A stretch of DNA of 63,724 nt, the filler included, from Conidiobolus incongruus B7586 (Eukaryota): the NCBI GenBank assembly GCA_000697335.1. It is 21 parts of 21 records of this genome, joined end to end, with 100 filler letters (N's around TTAATTAATTAA, not from the genome) between each part and the next. Parts side by side here need not be neighbours in the genome. Positions count along the whole stretch, not along the records: positions 1 to 6,978 come from JNEM01005170.1; positions 7,079 to 8,585 come from JNEM01005178.1; positions 8,686 to 9,807 come from JNEM01005181.1; positions 9,908 to 12,071 come from JNEM01005185.1; positions 12,172 to 13,800 come from JNEM01005188.1; 16 more parts are not named here. One strand, given 5' to 3'. Each line of letters starts with the position of its first letter. The first letter of the stretch is position 1. Below are positions 1-12,590 of the stretch, piece after piece. A model generated the notes under the pieces. That model was not told the DNA's origin and made no database searches. It worked only from the letters and a program-made list of their open reading frames with translations. The position numbers were made by a program, and so were the translations under genes.

Positions 1-3000
1 TATATATATATATATACTCTATATTTTATTCATTTTTTATAATTAAAAATTATTTGAAAACTAATTAATTATAGTATTAACCATTATATATAAAAATTAA
101 TAATTTTATTATTCGCAAAAGAAAAAAGAATTGAATAATATATTTAAAAAAAATTTTGAATAATATTAAAATTTGATACTGATAAAGTAATTTAGACTAA
201 TTCTATATTTCAAATATTTTATAGAGTTTATTAAAAATTATTATAATCACTTAGTATAATAATTGAGGTTTAAAATTTAAATTTTTTATCCGAATTTTAA
301 AAAAATTAATATTACTCTTAAGAAAGATCCAAGTAATAATATATTTCAATTGATGTTTATTATAAAGTTTAAATATATACATTAAGTAAGTATCACTATA
401 CTCTCTTAAACCATATATAATATAATACTAATAATTGTTATAGATAAACTATATTAATAATTTCAATATCTATATAATTTATAAATTTTTTTAAATTGAA
501 TTTAATAACTGTGGAATTACTAAAAAGTTAAAATGTCAATACAAATTTCTGTCAAATCTCCTAGGTTACACAATCAATTTATTTTTATAAAATATAATTT
601 AATAACTTTGGCACCTGTTCAGTAATTAAAGTATTTTGTAAGGGTTTTGCCATATTATTTCATTGAATTGATTTGGTAATAATTGGGCGTTGTGATTGAA
701 TTGGCTTCAAACTAATTTATATAATAAATTAATAAATTGCCGAAATGAAAAGTTAAAGGGTACTTTATGTTGGTTGAATAGTAATTGGAATTGGTTTAAA
801 TACTAACTAAAATATCACCTTAAACGAAAACAAGAAGATATTATTAAATAATTGACAATTGCTCAAATTCAATTATCACACATTAATATATAATTGTCTG
901 TATTGAATGACAATAACTTAATAGTTATTCTAAACAAGAAATGAAATAAATATTCAAAGAAATTTAATACAAGTTTTAATATATAATATATAATATATAA
1001 TATTGATAATAGCTTAATTATCAATGACAATTCCCAAACATAATTATATCAGTTTAACATGTGATAATTCAAAATCTATTAAAATCTAATCAATCATCAA
1101 GTTCAACAGCTACAATTTGAACAGGGTTGATATTTAATATATTAAATTTAATTGAATATTAATTTTCTGAGTAATATGAAATTATTCTTAGATGGTCTGC
1201 CAATGAAATATTATACAATAAGACTTAGCATCTTAAAAGTACTATTCCAGGTTTTATTTGAATAACTAAATGGATTTTAAATTAGTAAAATAATTAGTTT
1301 ATGACAAGGTAATGATATTCGGAATTGTGTAATTGAATTTAATTCAATTAACAAATCAATCAATTCATAATAACAATAATTATTATTATTGCATAATAAA
1401 TTGCAAATTCAATCAAAGTATAATATCTAATTTGAAATTATAATATATGTATATAATTATTATTAAAAAATATCTCAATAATAATCTAAAATTAGATCAA
1501 TAACAAACTGTGGCAAACAATAATTCTCCAAATTGCATTTGAGCTAAAAATAAACACAATAAGTTTGTTACTATAAAAGGCTAAATTATGTAATCAGTCA
1601 ATTCAAAATATTAATTTAATTAACCTTTTCAATAAATTTGGAAAAATGATCAAGATTGTCATTTGATATTGAAATGTCAACATAATTTAAGACTTAATTG
1701 AGGATAATATCAATACAATGGATATATATTGAATAATGAAATCATATCAATTATCAATAAACATAACTTTATTAGCGAATATAGTATTTTAAAATTCAAT
1801 TAATTGATTTTAATATTGCATAGTTTTCAAGTATTATTATTTTGAGAAAATAATGTCAATTTATATATTTTATTGGAGCTAACGTTTTATTTTCAAATTT
1901 GTCATAGCATGAATATTTCTATCATATTAATTTAGCATTATAATTAAATAATTATAAAGTTAATATGTTTCAAGAAAATTAAATATTTCAAACTATGTAA
2001 TTCATTATATTAATTATTTACAAAACTCAAAAATTTTAAGAAAAAATTACATTTTTATATTATTATATTCTTTACAAAGAATTAATATTAATATCATTTA
2101 TCTAATATAATTATCAACTATTCATTCATTTTTTATTTTTTTTATAAATATTATGGTCAGAAGAACTTAGAAAAATCATTAAAAAATATTTAAGATATAA
2201 TATTGTAAAGATATATTACACTCTTGGTAATCAAATATTTTAACTATAATAAGTATATCTATCATTCAAATTTATGTAGCTAAAATTTATATGAATTTTC
2301 AGCTAAGTTCATAAATTAACTTGCATCAAGATTTAAAAGAAAAACATGTAATTCAAAATTAACACTATCTAAAATTTTAAAAAATGCTATTTATCCAACT
2401 TCTAAGTGAGAGAACACTAAAATTTATAAATTTATCCAAAAAAATCAAATGTGTACATATATCAATACACCAAGAATATAAAATTTTTTCAATATACCTT
2501 ATAAATTAATTATCCAAAAACAAATTGCCAATTCAATAAGATAATATTATCATCGTTACTCATCAATTGAAACTTTATCAACTTACTCAAAAGTGTTACC
2601 AAATACTACCTCAAATCTCTTTTTTAATGAGTTACAAAAGCTTAATAATTTGAAAATTTTAGAGATTTCTTTTATTATAAATTTAATGGTTAAAAGATAA
2701 TAATTTTATTAGGCAATTCATAGGCGTTAAAATAAAATGCAAAACTTTCAAATCAATTGAAAAATATATATATATATATATTGTGTTAATAATTAATAAT
2801 TAATTAAACAATAAAAAGATTGAAAATAAAAATAAATTTATATTATAATATAATACTTCATAATTTTTATATTATAATTAATATAAAATTTAATTAAAGA
2901 AAAATTATTCTTTTTTTTTACTATAATTTTATAAATTTTTATTAAAATTTTAAAAATAAATTTTAATTCAAATTTCCACTTAAATTAAATTCAATGGTTC

Positions 3001-3068
3001 TGAGGCGTTTTAATTCAATTACTAAAATGTCAAGTTGGCAATAATTTAAATAATTGGACTATTTAGAG

Positions 3069-3076
3069 TATATAAA
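3069..3076 (+). promoter_or_regulatory. TATA box of GMC oxidoreductase gene
   Basis: TATATAAA just upstream of ATG 3129. The AT-rich background lowers specificity. Confidence 0.5.
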
Positions 3077-3128
3077 CTCTTAATAGCGTCCATTTCAGGT
3101 TCAGTTCCTAATTAATATAATCAAAAAG

Positions 3129-5015
3129 ATGATCAGCTCTATAGTGATCAAATTGTTAGCTAGTGTACTATTTCTGGTTAATTTATATACTTGTGATAAT
3201 GATAACAATCAGCAGGGGTTCGATTATATCGTAGTAGGCGCTGGCCCTACCGGTATTATGACTGCTATGGGCTTGGCAAAAGCCGGTTTCTCTACTCTCA
3301 TTGTTGAAGCTGGTACCGATCAAGTCAGTTTGAATACTACTGTACCGGGTCTGAATTTTCAGAGTTTGGAGGATGACGAAATTGCTTGGCAATATCACGT
3401 CAAACACTATCCAGAACATACTGGCAAGCGTCAAAGTGTATTGTATCCTAGAGCTAGTGGCATTGGAGGATGTTCTATTCACAATGCCATGATTCACATT
3501 ATGGCCAATTCGAGGGATTTCCGTGAAATGGTTGAGTTAACCAAAGATGAAGGATGGAGTGAAGCTAATTTTAGAAAGTATTTTAACAGAATTACATTTT
3601 CTGATATGGTGGATAATGTTCCATTTATGAAGGTTATGAACCATATGGGTCCAGTGTCCAATCTGATGAGAACTGTGAACCCTATTAACTGGATGATGAA
3701 CAGTGGTTCCAATCAAGGTGAAAAATTCCTCAGATTAACTGAATTAAACCTTGCCAATTTCTTGTCAATAGACTTAAAATTGCTCGATGTTGTCGAACAA
3801 ATCGCTGGAAAATCACTATTAGGAAGTTTTGTGAAGAATGGTTTGAATCAATTGAACGATGCAGGTCGCGCTATGGTCAATATGGCAGGGGATATGCTAG
3901 TGCCTTATAACTCGGATCCTATGCGAAATGGGGGAAGACGTTATGGTGTCCGCGAACATTTGCTTGAAGAATCTAAGAATTTACCAATTACTATTTGGAC
4001 TAATACTCTGGTGACTAAGGTTATCCTTGACAATAACCGCAGAGCTATTGGTGTCGAATTCCTCAAAGGAAAGCACTTGTACCGCGCTAGTCCCAGAGCT
4101 CCCTCATTCAATACCGGTACTCCTGGAGTTGTACATTGTCGCAAAGAAGTTATCATTTCTGCAGGTACTTTCAATACTCCTCAAATTCTAATGCTTAGTG
4201 GTATTGGTGATGCTGATCACCTTCGCTCCAAAGGGATTAAACCCATTGTTCATCTTCCTGGAGTTGGAAAAAATTTGCATGATAGATACGAAGTGAGTGT
4301 AAATTATGAAATGGACAGTAATTTCAAACTAATTGAAAAATGTCAATTTTCAACTAATCCCGATGTTGATCCATGTCTGAAACAATTCTTGGAATCTGGA
4401 ACTGGACCCTACACTTCTAATGGTGTCCTCGCTGGACAATTGACAAAATCTAACGAGAATCTAGAAGAGCCCGATCTTTTTACCCTCATTGCTCCCAGCT
4501 ATTTCACTGGGTATCGTGAAGGAATGTTGCAAGATATTTTGAATAAGAAAAATACAATGACAATGTTAGTCCTCAAAGCGCACGGTCACAATCGCGCAGG
4601 TCACGTTAAACTCAATACGAATAACCCCAGAGATATGCCTGATATCAATTTTAATTACTTTGCTGAAGGCGCTGACAAAGATCTCCCAGCTATCATCCAA
4701 GGGGTTCGCAATGCTAGGAGACAACTTAGTAGACTCAATACCCAAACTAGAGAACTTTTGCCAGGACCTGATGTTCAAACCGACGAACAAATTGCTCAAT
4801 ATATTATGGGAACCGCTTGGGGGCACCATGCTTGCGGTACCAGCCGCATGGGAACTGATAAAATGAGTGTTGTAGATACCAAATTCCAGGTTCATGGAAC
4901 TACAGGATTAAGAGTTGCTGACCTCAGTATTTTCCCTAATTTACCAGGATATTTCCCAGTATTGACATTGTATTTAACAGGGATGAAAGCTGCTGATACT
5001 ATTTTGAATAATTAA
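3129..5015 (+). CDS. Secreted GMC (glucose-methanol-choline) oxidoreductase, choline dehydrogenase/oxidase-like, intronless
   Basis: 628-aa ORF with a hydrophobic N-terminal signal peptide, FAD-binding DYIVVGAGPTG, YPRASGIGGCSIHNAMI, EVIISAGTFNTPQILMLSGIG, LPGVGKNLHD and C-terminal WGHHACGTSRMG...VHGTTGLRVADLSIFP. TATATAAA lies ~55 nt upstream. Confidence 0.95.
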   Translation: MISSIVIKLLASVLFLVNLYTCDNDNNQQGFDYIVVGAGPTGIMTAMGLAKAGFSTLIVEAGTDQVSLNTTVPGLNFQSLEDDEIAWQYHVKHYPEHTGKRQSVLYPRASGIGGCSIHNAMIHIMANSRDFREMVELTKDEGWSEANFRKYFNRITFSDMVDNVPFMKVMNHMGPVSNLMRTVNPINWMMNSGSNQGEKFLRLTELNLANFLSIDLKLLDVVEQIAGKSLLGSFVKNGLNQLNDAGRAMVNMAGDMLVPYNSDPMRNGGRRYGVREHLLEESKNLPITIWTNTLVTKVILDNNRRAIGVEFLKGKHLYRASPRAPSFNTGTPGVVHCRKEVIISAGTFNTPQILMLSGIGDADHLRSKGIKPIVHLPGVGKNLHDRYEVSVNYEMDSNFKLIEKCQFSTNPDVDPCLKQFLESGTGPYTSNGVLAGQLTKSNENLEEPDLFTLIAPSYFTGYREGMLQDILNKKNTMTMLVLKAHGHNRAGHVKLNTNNPRDMPDINFNYFAEGADKDLPAIIQGVRNARRQLSRLNTQTRELLPGPDVQTDEQIAQYIMGTAWGHHACGTSRMGTDKMSVVDTKFQVHGTTGLRVADLSIFPNLPGYFPVLTLYLTGMKAADTILNN

Positions 5016-5859
5016 AATTAAATGTATAATAAATAAAAATTAAATAATAAAATTAATTAATTATCTAATAATCTTAACTTATTTTCTGTATTATTTTAAG
5101 AAATAATTTTGAAACATTAGTATTTAGAGTTAAGATTAAAATTGTTTAAGATTTTAAAAGGAGTTATTAATGAAATATTGAATAAGTAGTTTATTCATAA
5201 ATTTTAAATGTTTATTGTTATATTATTAGTAATATAAAGTGTTTAAATTAGTGTAATGTGATTTATATTTAGTGATGAAGGTCATAAAAATTATTTGAAT
5301 AATTATATGAGAGACTATGGAATGAAATCATAAAGATAAAGGGCGGATAAAGTTAGATAAAAAAACGATAGTGAGAAGCTAATTGAGCGGGTTGGCTAAA
5401 GACAAATGTAAGGTAATTGGCCTCAAGTAATTAGCCATGATAATCACAGAATATAAAATTATATAAAATTTTATTACCTCAATATTATTAAAAGGATACT
5501 TGTGAAACAATTTGGGATTTACATACGCCCATTTCAACATTAGGTGTTAATTACAACTGTAACAAATTTCAATAAATATTAGCTTAAAAATCCATTACAA
5601 TAATTTGGATAGTTATTAAGTTTTTATTTAAATTAGATATTTGTGATAAAATTCATTACTAGACCATTAAGGTTCACTTTCTCAATATTGTTTCTTTAAA
5701 TTTAATATAATTAAGATATTGTCCAAATGAAAAAAAATTAAACATTTAAAATTAAATAATTCTAATTTTATCTTAAAATTGAAAAAAATGGCAAATTTTT
5801 TAACTTCTGATTTTTCAAACATATTATTAGTTTCAGAAACAGAATTAAATAAAAAATAT

Positions 5860-6400
5860 ATTAGAAATTATTACTATTAAAATTATACACAATACTATAT
5901 AATGTTTCTTTGATTACAGAGTTAACTTTTAAAAATTTATTGTTTAATTAAATTATATTTAAATCAGTGGTAATAATTAAAAGCAATAAATTTTAATATT
6001 TGTAAAACTTATCCATAGACCTTTCAAAATCATTCTATATTTATATAAATCTTAGCTGATGATTTATATAAACCAACTATCCTTCATTTGGCAAGTTATT
6101 TTAAATCTAAAAAAGAACCTAATTAAAGCTTATTAAATTTTAAAAAAGTAATTTTATTTCTTAATCTTTAAAATATTATATAATTAAAAAATATATATTG
6201 AAAAATATATTTTGTTTAATAAAAAAGTTAATATAATATTTTAATATTATATTTACAAGAATATTATATGTATTTAAACTTAAATTTAATTGAATATATA
6301 TAAAATAAATATTTTATAATAGATTAGAATATTAAAAAAACTAAAATATCTTAGTTAAATTAAATTTATTAAAGTATAACTAAAAATCAAACTTTTAATA
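5860..6400 (+). mobile_element. Degraded mariner fragment (5' part of family B)
   Basis: 6000-6140 aligns by eye with 10070-10210 of the mariner copy (CCATAGACCTTTCAAAATCATT vs CCATAAACCCTTTAAAATCATT). Ends are approximate. Confidence 0.5.
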
Positions 6401-6453
6401 ATAAATTATAAACTTAGATATATTATTTTTTTTCTATTATAAATATTGAAATA

Positions 6454-6978
6454 TACTAACCTATAAAAATAAGTCATAAAATCAAAAATATATATATTTT
6501 AATAATTAAAATAATTATATTTATTAAATTACCTGGAATTATAATATATAATCAAAATATATTATTTGATAATAAATATATTTAAATATATTTAATAAAT
6601 TATAAACAAAAATATTAACCTTTAATATTTAACTAAGATAAGTTATAAATTTATGAGTTTTTGAGATAAGGGGATATATTTAATAATATATAACCATATT
6701 TTTTTTTCTCTTTTTATTATTATTATATATAATATTTTATAGATATATTAAATTTTTTTATTAGTATTATTATACTTAAATCCCTCTTTAAAAAAATTCA
6801 CTTATGTATTAATTAACTTTATAAAAAAATAAATCAACTTATAATATTATTAAAGTTACTAATTTTAGTTAATTTATTATAATCATGTTTGTTAAAAATA
6901 ATAATAAAAATATATTTAAACTTAAATTTAAATATATTAAAATTATAAATAAATATAATAAAAAGTATATTTATAGGT
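6454..6978 (+). mobile_element. Tc1-like element (family A), left end, cut by linker
   Basis: TA followed by TACTAACCTATAAAAATAAGTCATAAAATCAAAA (family terminal repeat), an inner repeat near 6635-6660, and the start of the transposase region matching 29250-29540. Confidence 0.8.
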
Positions 6979-7078
6979 NNNNNNNNNNNNNNNNNNNNNN
7001 NNNNNNNNNNNNNNNNNNNNNNTTAATTAATTAANNNNNNNNNNNNNNNNNNNNNNNNNNNNNNNNNNNNNNNNNNNN
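6979..7078. other. Artificial contig linker (N-run, TTAATTAATTAA, N-run), first of 20
   Basis: The same ~100-nt linker, with stops in all six frames, recurs at about 8586, 9808, 12072, 13801, 15250, 16782, 20479, 21804, 28909, 30985, 32515, 34202, 35601, 37516, 43994, 51505, 57207, 60116 and 61997. Confidence 0.97.
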
Positions 7079-8150
7079 TTTTTAATAATTATTTATTTTT
7101 TTATTAGTAAAATTCTAATATCTAAAAAAATAATTTTGTTTATTAAAATCTAAAATTTATTATTTTATAAACTAATCAGATTTTTTTATAAAAACTTCTT
7201 TTATAAACTGGTATTTTTAATTACCTATAGCAATTATAGTTATATAGGCTATAATCTAGAGGAAATACTAAATATTTTAGTTTATTCTAGTTATTTTAGA
7301 TTAAATAGCTTTTTATAACTTTAGCTTTATAAATTTGTAATTATTATACAAAATAATAATTCTTTTTATATTATATTAAAAACAATAATTAAAGTTAATT
7401 TTATTTAAAAAAATAATATAATAATTATTATAAATTGATTTTCCTTGAAAAACTAAATAAGAATAGTATATGCTATTATAATCCATTATAATAATCAATA
7501 TTTGCTTATTAATACAATATTTATTTAAAAAAATTTCTAAAAAGTGATTAATTTGGTTTAATTTAGTATTTTAATTGATATTTTATTAAAGCATTATATA
7601 AAATAATTTAAAATTAATTAATTACAATAATTTACTATAAAAACCTTAGTTTCTGATTATATTTTAATAAGTTTTATTTATCAATAGCTATTTTAACATT
7701 TTTAAAATTTCGTTAAATTTTAAAATACCTATTTTATTTTTTTAATTAATTTAAATTTAAATTTTAATATGTATAAAATACTTATGTGACTAATTTTAAA
7801 ATAGTTTGATAGTTTTCTAGTTGAAATAAAATAATATTTTTAATATGTTTATTTTACTTTATCAATAGTTTAAAGAATATAAATTAAAATTAATTATTTA
7901 GATTTTAATAAGTTTAGATAGCTTCTCACTTAATTCTAAAGTTATTTACCTAATGATAATTTATTAATTTAGATAATCTTTTAATATTAAAAGTTGCTTA
8001 TTAATTTTAAATAATATTAGAGATTTGATAATTAAGTTTTACTAATATTAAAATAAAAAACTTTTGATGATTATTATTTGATTTATATAAAATTAAATAA
8101 AAAAATTAAAAAATTAATTTTTTAATCAAAAAAATATTATATATATATAA
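7079..8150 (-). mobile_element. Degraded mariner (DD34D) copy, family B
   Basis: Colinear with 12690-13790 and 62190-63280, and the reverse complement of 9950-11050. Confidence 0.8.
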
Positions 8151-8685
8151 TTTAAAGTTATTTATTTTCTTATTTGTTTTATATATATTTTTTATTTAAA
8201 ATTGATAATATGTCTGAAAACTCAGAAATTAAAAAATTTCTTTTTTTTCAATTTTATAATAATATTATTAAATTTTTTCAAAATTTAGAAAAGTTATTTA
8301 AAAATTATCAAAATTCAAAAATATTTATTTAAGTTAGTATTTTTGTAATTATTATTATGAATAATAAATTTTATTAAAATATATTTTTATTTTATTTAAA
8401 AACTATTATAATATTATAATATAATAAATATAAATATTATTTATATATTAAACTTTTAATTTAAATTAATTAAAAATAATATAAATTAAGTATTTTATAA
8501 TTTAACTAAAGCTTAAACAAAGTTAAAATGGTTATAATTGAATAAAACCAATTATGATATAACCAAAAACTAAAATCTTTATAATNNNNNNNNNNNNNNN
8601 NNNNNNNNNNNNNNNNNNNNNNNNNNNNNTTAATTAATTAANNNNNNNNNNNNNNNNNNNNNNNNNNNNNNNNNNNNNNNNNNNN

Positions 8686-9807
8686 AGTATATATAATAGT
8701 ATTAATACTAACTAATATTCTTGTATAGTTTTATAATTTTTTCTATATTCCTATAATAGTATTACATTTACTTATATTAACTAACCTATAAATATACCTT
8801 TTTATCATATTTATCTATAATCTTAATAAACTTAAACTTAAGTATATTAAAATTATAAATATATATAATAAAAAATATATTTATAAATTAGTTAATATAA
8901 GTAAATATAATACTATTATAAAAGTATAATAAGAATTATAAAAATATAATAAGAATTATAAAACTATATAAGAATATTAATTAATATTAATAATATTATA
9001 TAAACTTTATATTAAAATAAATATTATTTATATTTTAAGAAAAAACACCCTTAATTAAAAAAATCTTATTATAAAGTTAGATGGGAATTTAAATATTAAT
9101 ATTAAAGTTAAATTAAAATTAATTAAAGTTAAGTTATTTAGTTTAATAAAACAAAAATATATCTTAATTAATCTACTTAAAAAACTAGATATTTTAAAAA
9201 AAATAAAAAATTATTTTATAACTATTATATTTTTATAACTTAAAAATACAATGGTAGGTTAATTATAATTTAAAAATATATGTTATTTTTAAGTATAAAA
9301 TATCTTTATAGGGTTAAAAAAGGAATTAATATTAAGATATATTAAAGTATTTTAAAAAATAAATTGAAAAAAAATATTGGGTAATATAGGTTAAATAAAT
9401 CAAATATTGTTTTTTAACAAAATAATACCTTTTGTTATATTATAAATTTTACTATTAAATAGCTTAAAAATATTAAAATAACTATTATATAATAGGCTCT
9501 TTAATTTTTTAATTTTATATTATTTGAATATTTTTAGGAATAACTAAAAAATTAATTAAAGCTTTCCCTTAGCAAAAAATTTAAATCAACTTTAAAAATA
9601 TAATTAAAAAGCTTAGAATAATATTAGTTTTACTTAATATAAAAAGCTAGTTGACTTTATACCCTATAAACTTAAAAAAATTAAAAAAACAAAAGATATA
9701 TATACTAAATATTAATTTTTCTATCAATATTAAAACCCACAAATTTATAACTTATCTTATATATATTTTTAGTTTTAATATATCAATTAATAATTAATTA
9801 AATTTAA
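8686..9807 (+). mobile_element. Degraded Tc1 (DD34E) copy, family A, internal part
   Basis: About 8860-9807 is colinear with 29520-30440 and includes the decayed C-terminus AAAAAGCTAGTTGACTTTAT...TACTAAATATTAA. 8686-8850 is an inverted piece of the same family. Confidence 0.8.
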
Positions 9808-9907
9808 NNNNNNNNNNNNNNNNNNNNNNNNNNNNNNNNNNNNNNNNNNNNTTAATTAATTAANNNNNNNNNNNNNNNNNNNNNNNNNNNNNNNNNNNNN
9901 NNNNNNN

Positions 9908-11145
9908 TATACAAAATAAATAGGAAAGTAAATAGTTTTGAACTATATATATATATATATATAATAATATTTTTGATTAAAAAATTTAATTTTCAAAATT
10001 AGTAGTTTAATTTAATTATACTTAAAATAAATAATTACCATCAAAAGCCTATTATTTTAATATCAGTAAAACCAAACCATAAACCCTTTAAAATCATTTA
10101 AAATTTACAAATAGCTTTTGATAATAAAGTATTATCTAAATCCATAATTTATTGCTAGGTAAATTATTTTAAAGCTAAAAAAAAACTACCCAAAACCTGT
10201 TAAAATCTAAAAGACCAATTTTAACTCTTATTTTTTAATGGTTAATAAAGTGAAAATTTATATTCAAAAGCATTTTTTTATATCAGCTAGAGAATTATCA
10301 AGATATTTTAATATTAGTCACATAAGTATTTTATATTTATTAAAGCTTAAATTAAAATTAATTAATAAAAATATAAAATAAGTATCTTATAATTTAACTA
10401 AAGCTTAAAAAAAGTTAGAATAGTTATTGCTAAATAAAACTTACTAAGGTATAGCTAGAAACTAAAGCTTTTATAACAAATTATTATAATTGATGAATCT
10501 TAGATTCTTTTATATAATCCTTTGCCAAAATATAAATCAAGGTGTTAAATTAACTTAAATTAACCCCTTTTAAAAATACCTTTAAATAAACACTTTATTA
10601 ATAAATAAATGTTAATTATTGTAATAGATTATAATAACATATTCTATCATTATTTAATTCTTAAAAGAAAATCAATTAATAGTAGACTTTAAATTTTTTT
10701 TGTAAATAAATCTATTTTTAATTAGTACTCTTAATATAATTTAAATAGACCTATTATTTTACATAATAATTACAAGATATATAAATCTAAATTATAAAAA
10801 ACTTTCTAATTAAAAATAACTGGAAAAAACTACCATATCCAGTATATTCCCTAGATTATAACCTATATGATTATAATTGTTTTAGGTAATTAAAAAACTA
10901 ACTTGCAAGAAAGAAAATTTTTGCAAGAAAATTTAATTGGTCTATAAAATATTAAATTTCAGTTCTTAATATAAAAACTATTTTTTAAGTGTTAGATCTT
11001 TACCAAAAATAGAGCAAAGAGTTATTTAAAATATAGGAAATTATTAATTTTATATTAATTATTTATATTTACTTTTTATATATTTAAATATTTATTTTTT
11101 TTTTCAATTGCAAAAAATTCTTATTATTTAAATTACCAAGTAATA
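9908..11145 (+). mobile_element. Mariner (DD34D) element, family B, near full length, dead
   Basis: Decayed motifs: IDES*ILLYNP (~10489; xDExW), PIILHNN (10750-10770; LHDNA) and LPYPVYSLDYNLYDY (10830-10874; HPxYSPDxxPxDY). Right TIR at ~11110-11145. Confidence 0.88.
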
Positions 11146-11444
11146 ATATATTATATAGCTTGAAAATAATAACTAAATACTATTTAATATTATTATTTTT
11201 TAATACTTTTTATTTCAAAATAAAAAGTCATTGTATTTTAAAAAATAGCACTTTAATGAAAACACTTATTATAAGATTAAATAAATATTTTAGTATTTTT
11301 ATTAAATTAATTTAAATTAAAAATAAATTATTTAATATAACAAAATAGAAATATCTTTAGTTAATCTAATAAATAATAGAATAGTTCAAAAAAATATTTT
11401 ATAACTATTATATTATTTTAATTAAAACCTTATTAATAAATTAT

Positions 11445-12071
11445 ATATATATAATAATAAAATACCAATATAATATAAATAAAGACTTAATATAAAAGTA
11501 ATATGATATAAAATATAGTAATATATTATAGAATTATAAACAAAGTATAATTAAGCTTTAAATTAAGGTAAGTTATTGATATATTAAGATCTATATTAGG
11601 TAGTATTGATATATTATATTATTAATAGGGTATAGTCTTAGCTTTAAAATAATATAAAAAAATAATAAGTAATAAAGATTTAGAAGAAAAAAAATTTATT
11701 TATTAAATAACTTGATATTATTTATATAATTAATTTAGCTATAAAATTATAGATTTATTATATAATCTATAGTTAATTAAATTAAATAAAAATATATATA
11801 AGAATTTAAAAATCTAGTTTTAAATATTTTTTTAATAAGTTATTTAAAAAAGATATATTTTTTGATTATTATAAATAAATATAATAGGCTGAAATATTCT
11901 TAATATTTTTTAAAGGTTTTTAAAAATTTTTTTAATAGGAGAACTTATTTTTTTATAAGAATATAGCTTATTTTTAATAAATATAGATTTAATTATATAA
12001 TTAGCATAGTGTTTTTTTATCTATTTTAATTAACAATTAGATTTAATTTTAATATTTTTAATTAATTAAAA
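11445..12071 (-). mobile_element. 3' end (3' LTR plus chromodomain region) of a second gypsy copy, cut by linker
   Basis: About 11445-11836 is the reverse complement of the LTR at 50605-51002. 11880-11925 (ATAATAGGCTGAAATATTCTTAATATTTTTTAAAGGTTTTT) is the reverse complement of ~50510-50549. Confidence 0.85.
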
Positions 12072-12590
12072 NNNNNNNNNNNNNNNNNNNNNNNNNNNNN
12101 NNNNNNNNNNNNNNNTTAATTAATTAANNNNNNNNNNNNNNNNNNNNNNNNNNNNNNNNNNNNNNNNNNNNTATTTATAAATCTAAATAATTAATATTTA
12201 AAAACTTGGCATATATTAGTAATATAATAATGATTTTAAATAATTTGGATTGATTATCTAATAATATAATTTTTAAATTAATTTAATAATATTTTATTTT
12301 TAGTGAATTAAGATGAATTTTAATTAATATTGATATTTTGGTTAATTTTTGATATATGATAAAATAAATTAGATTATTATTTATAAAATATTAAATATTA
12401 ATAAAATTTTGATAATAATTTAAATATCAATATATTTTATAAATAATCATAAGCAAACTATAAAATAAAATATTTAGAACATCAGATTATAAATCTAATT
12501 AGAATTTTATTTTTTGATAGTATTTTAATTTAAGATAATCAAAATAAAGTTAAATTTTATTTCAAAAAAAATATATATTGAACTTTTAAA

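Noticed and set aside
3183..4895. Short antisense and alternate-frame ORFs within the GMC gene
   Set aside because: Shadows of the real coding frame with no motifs.
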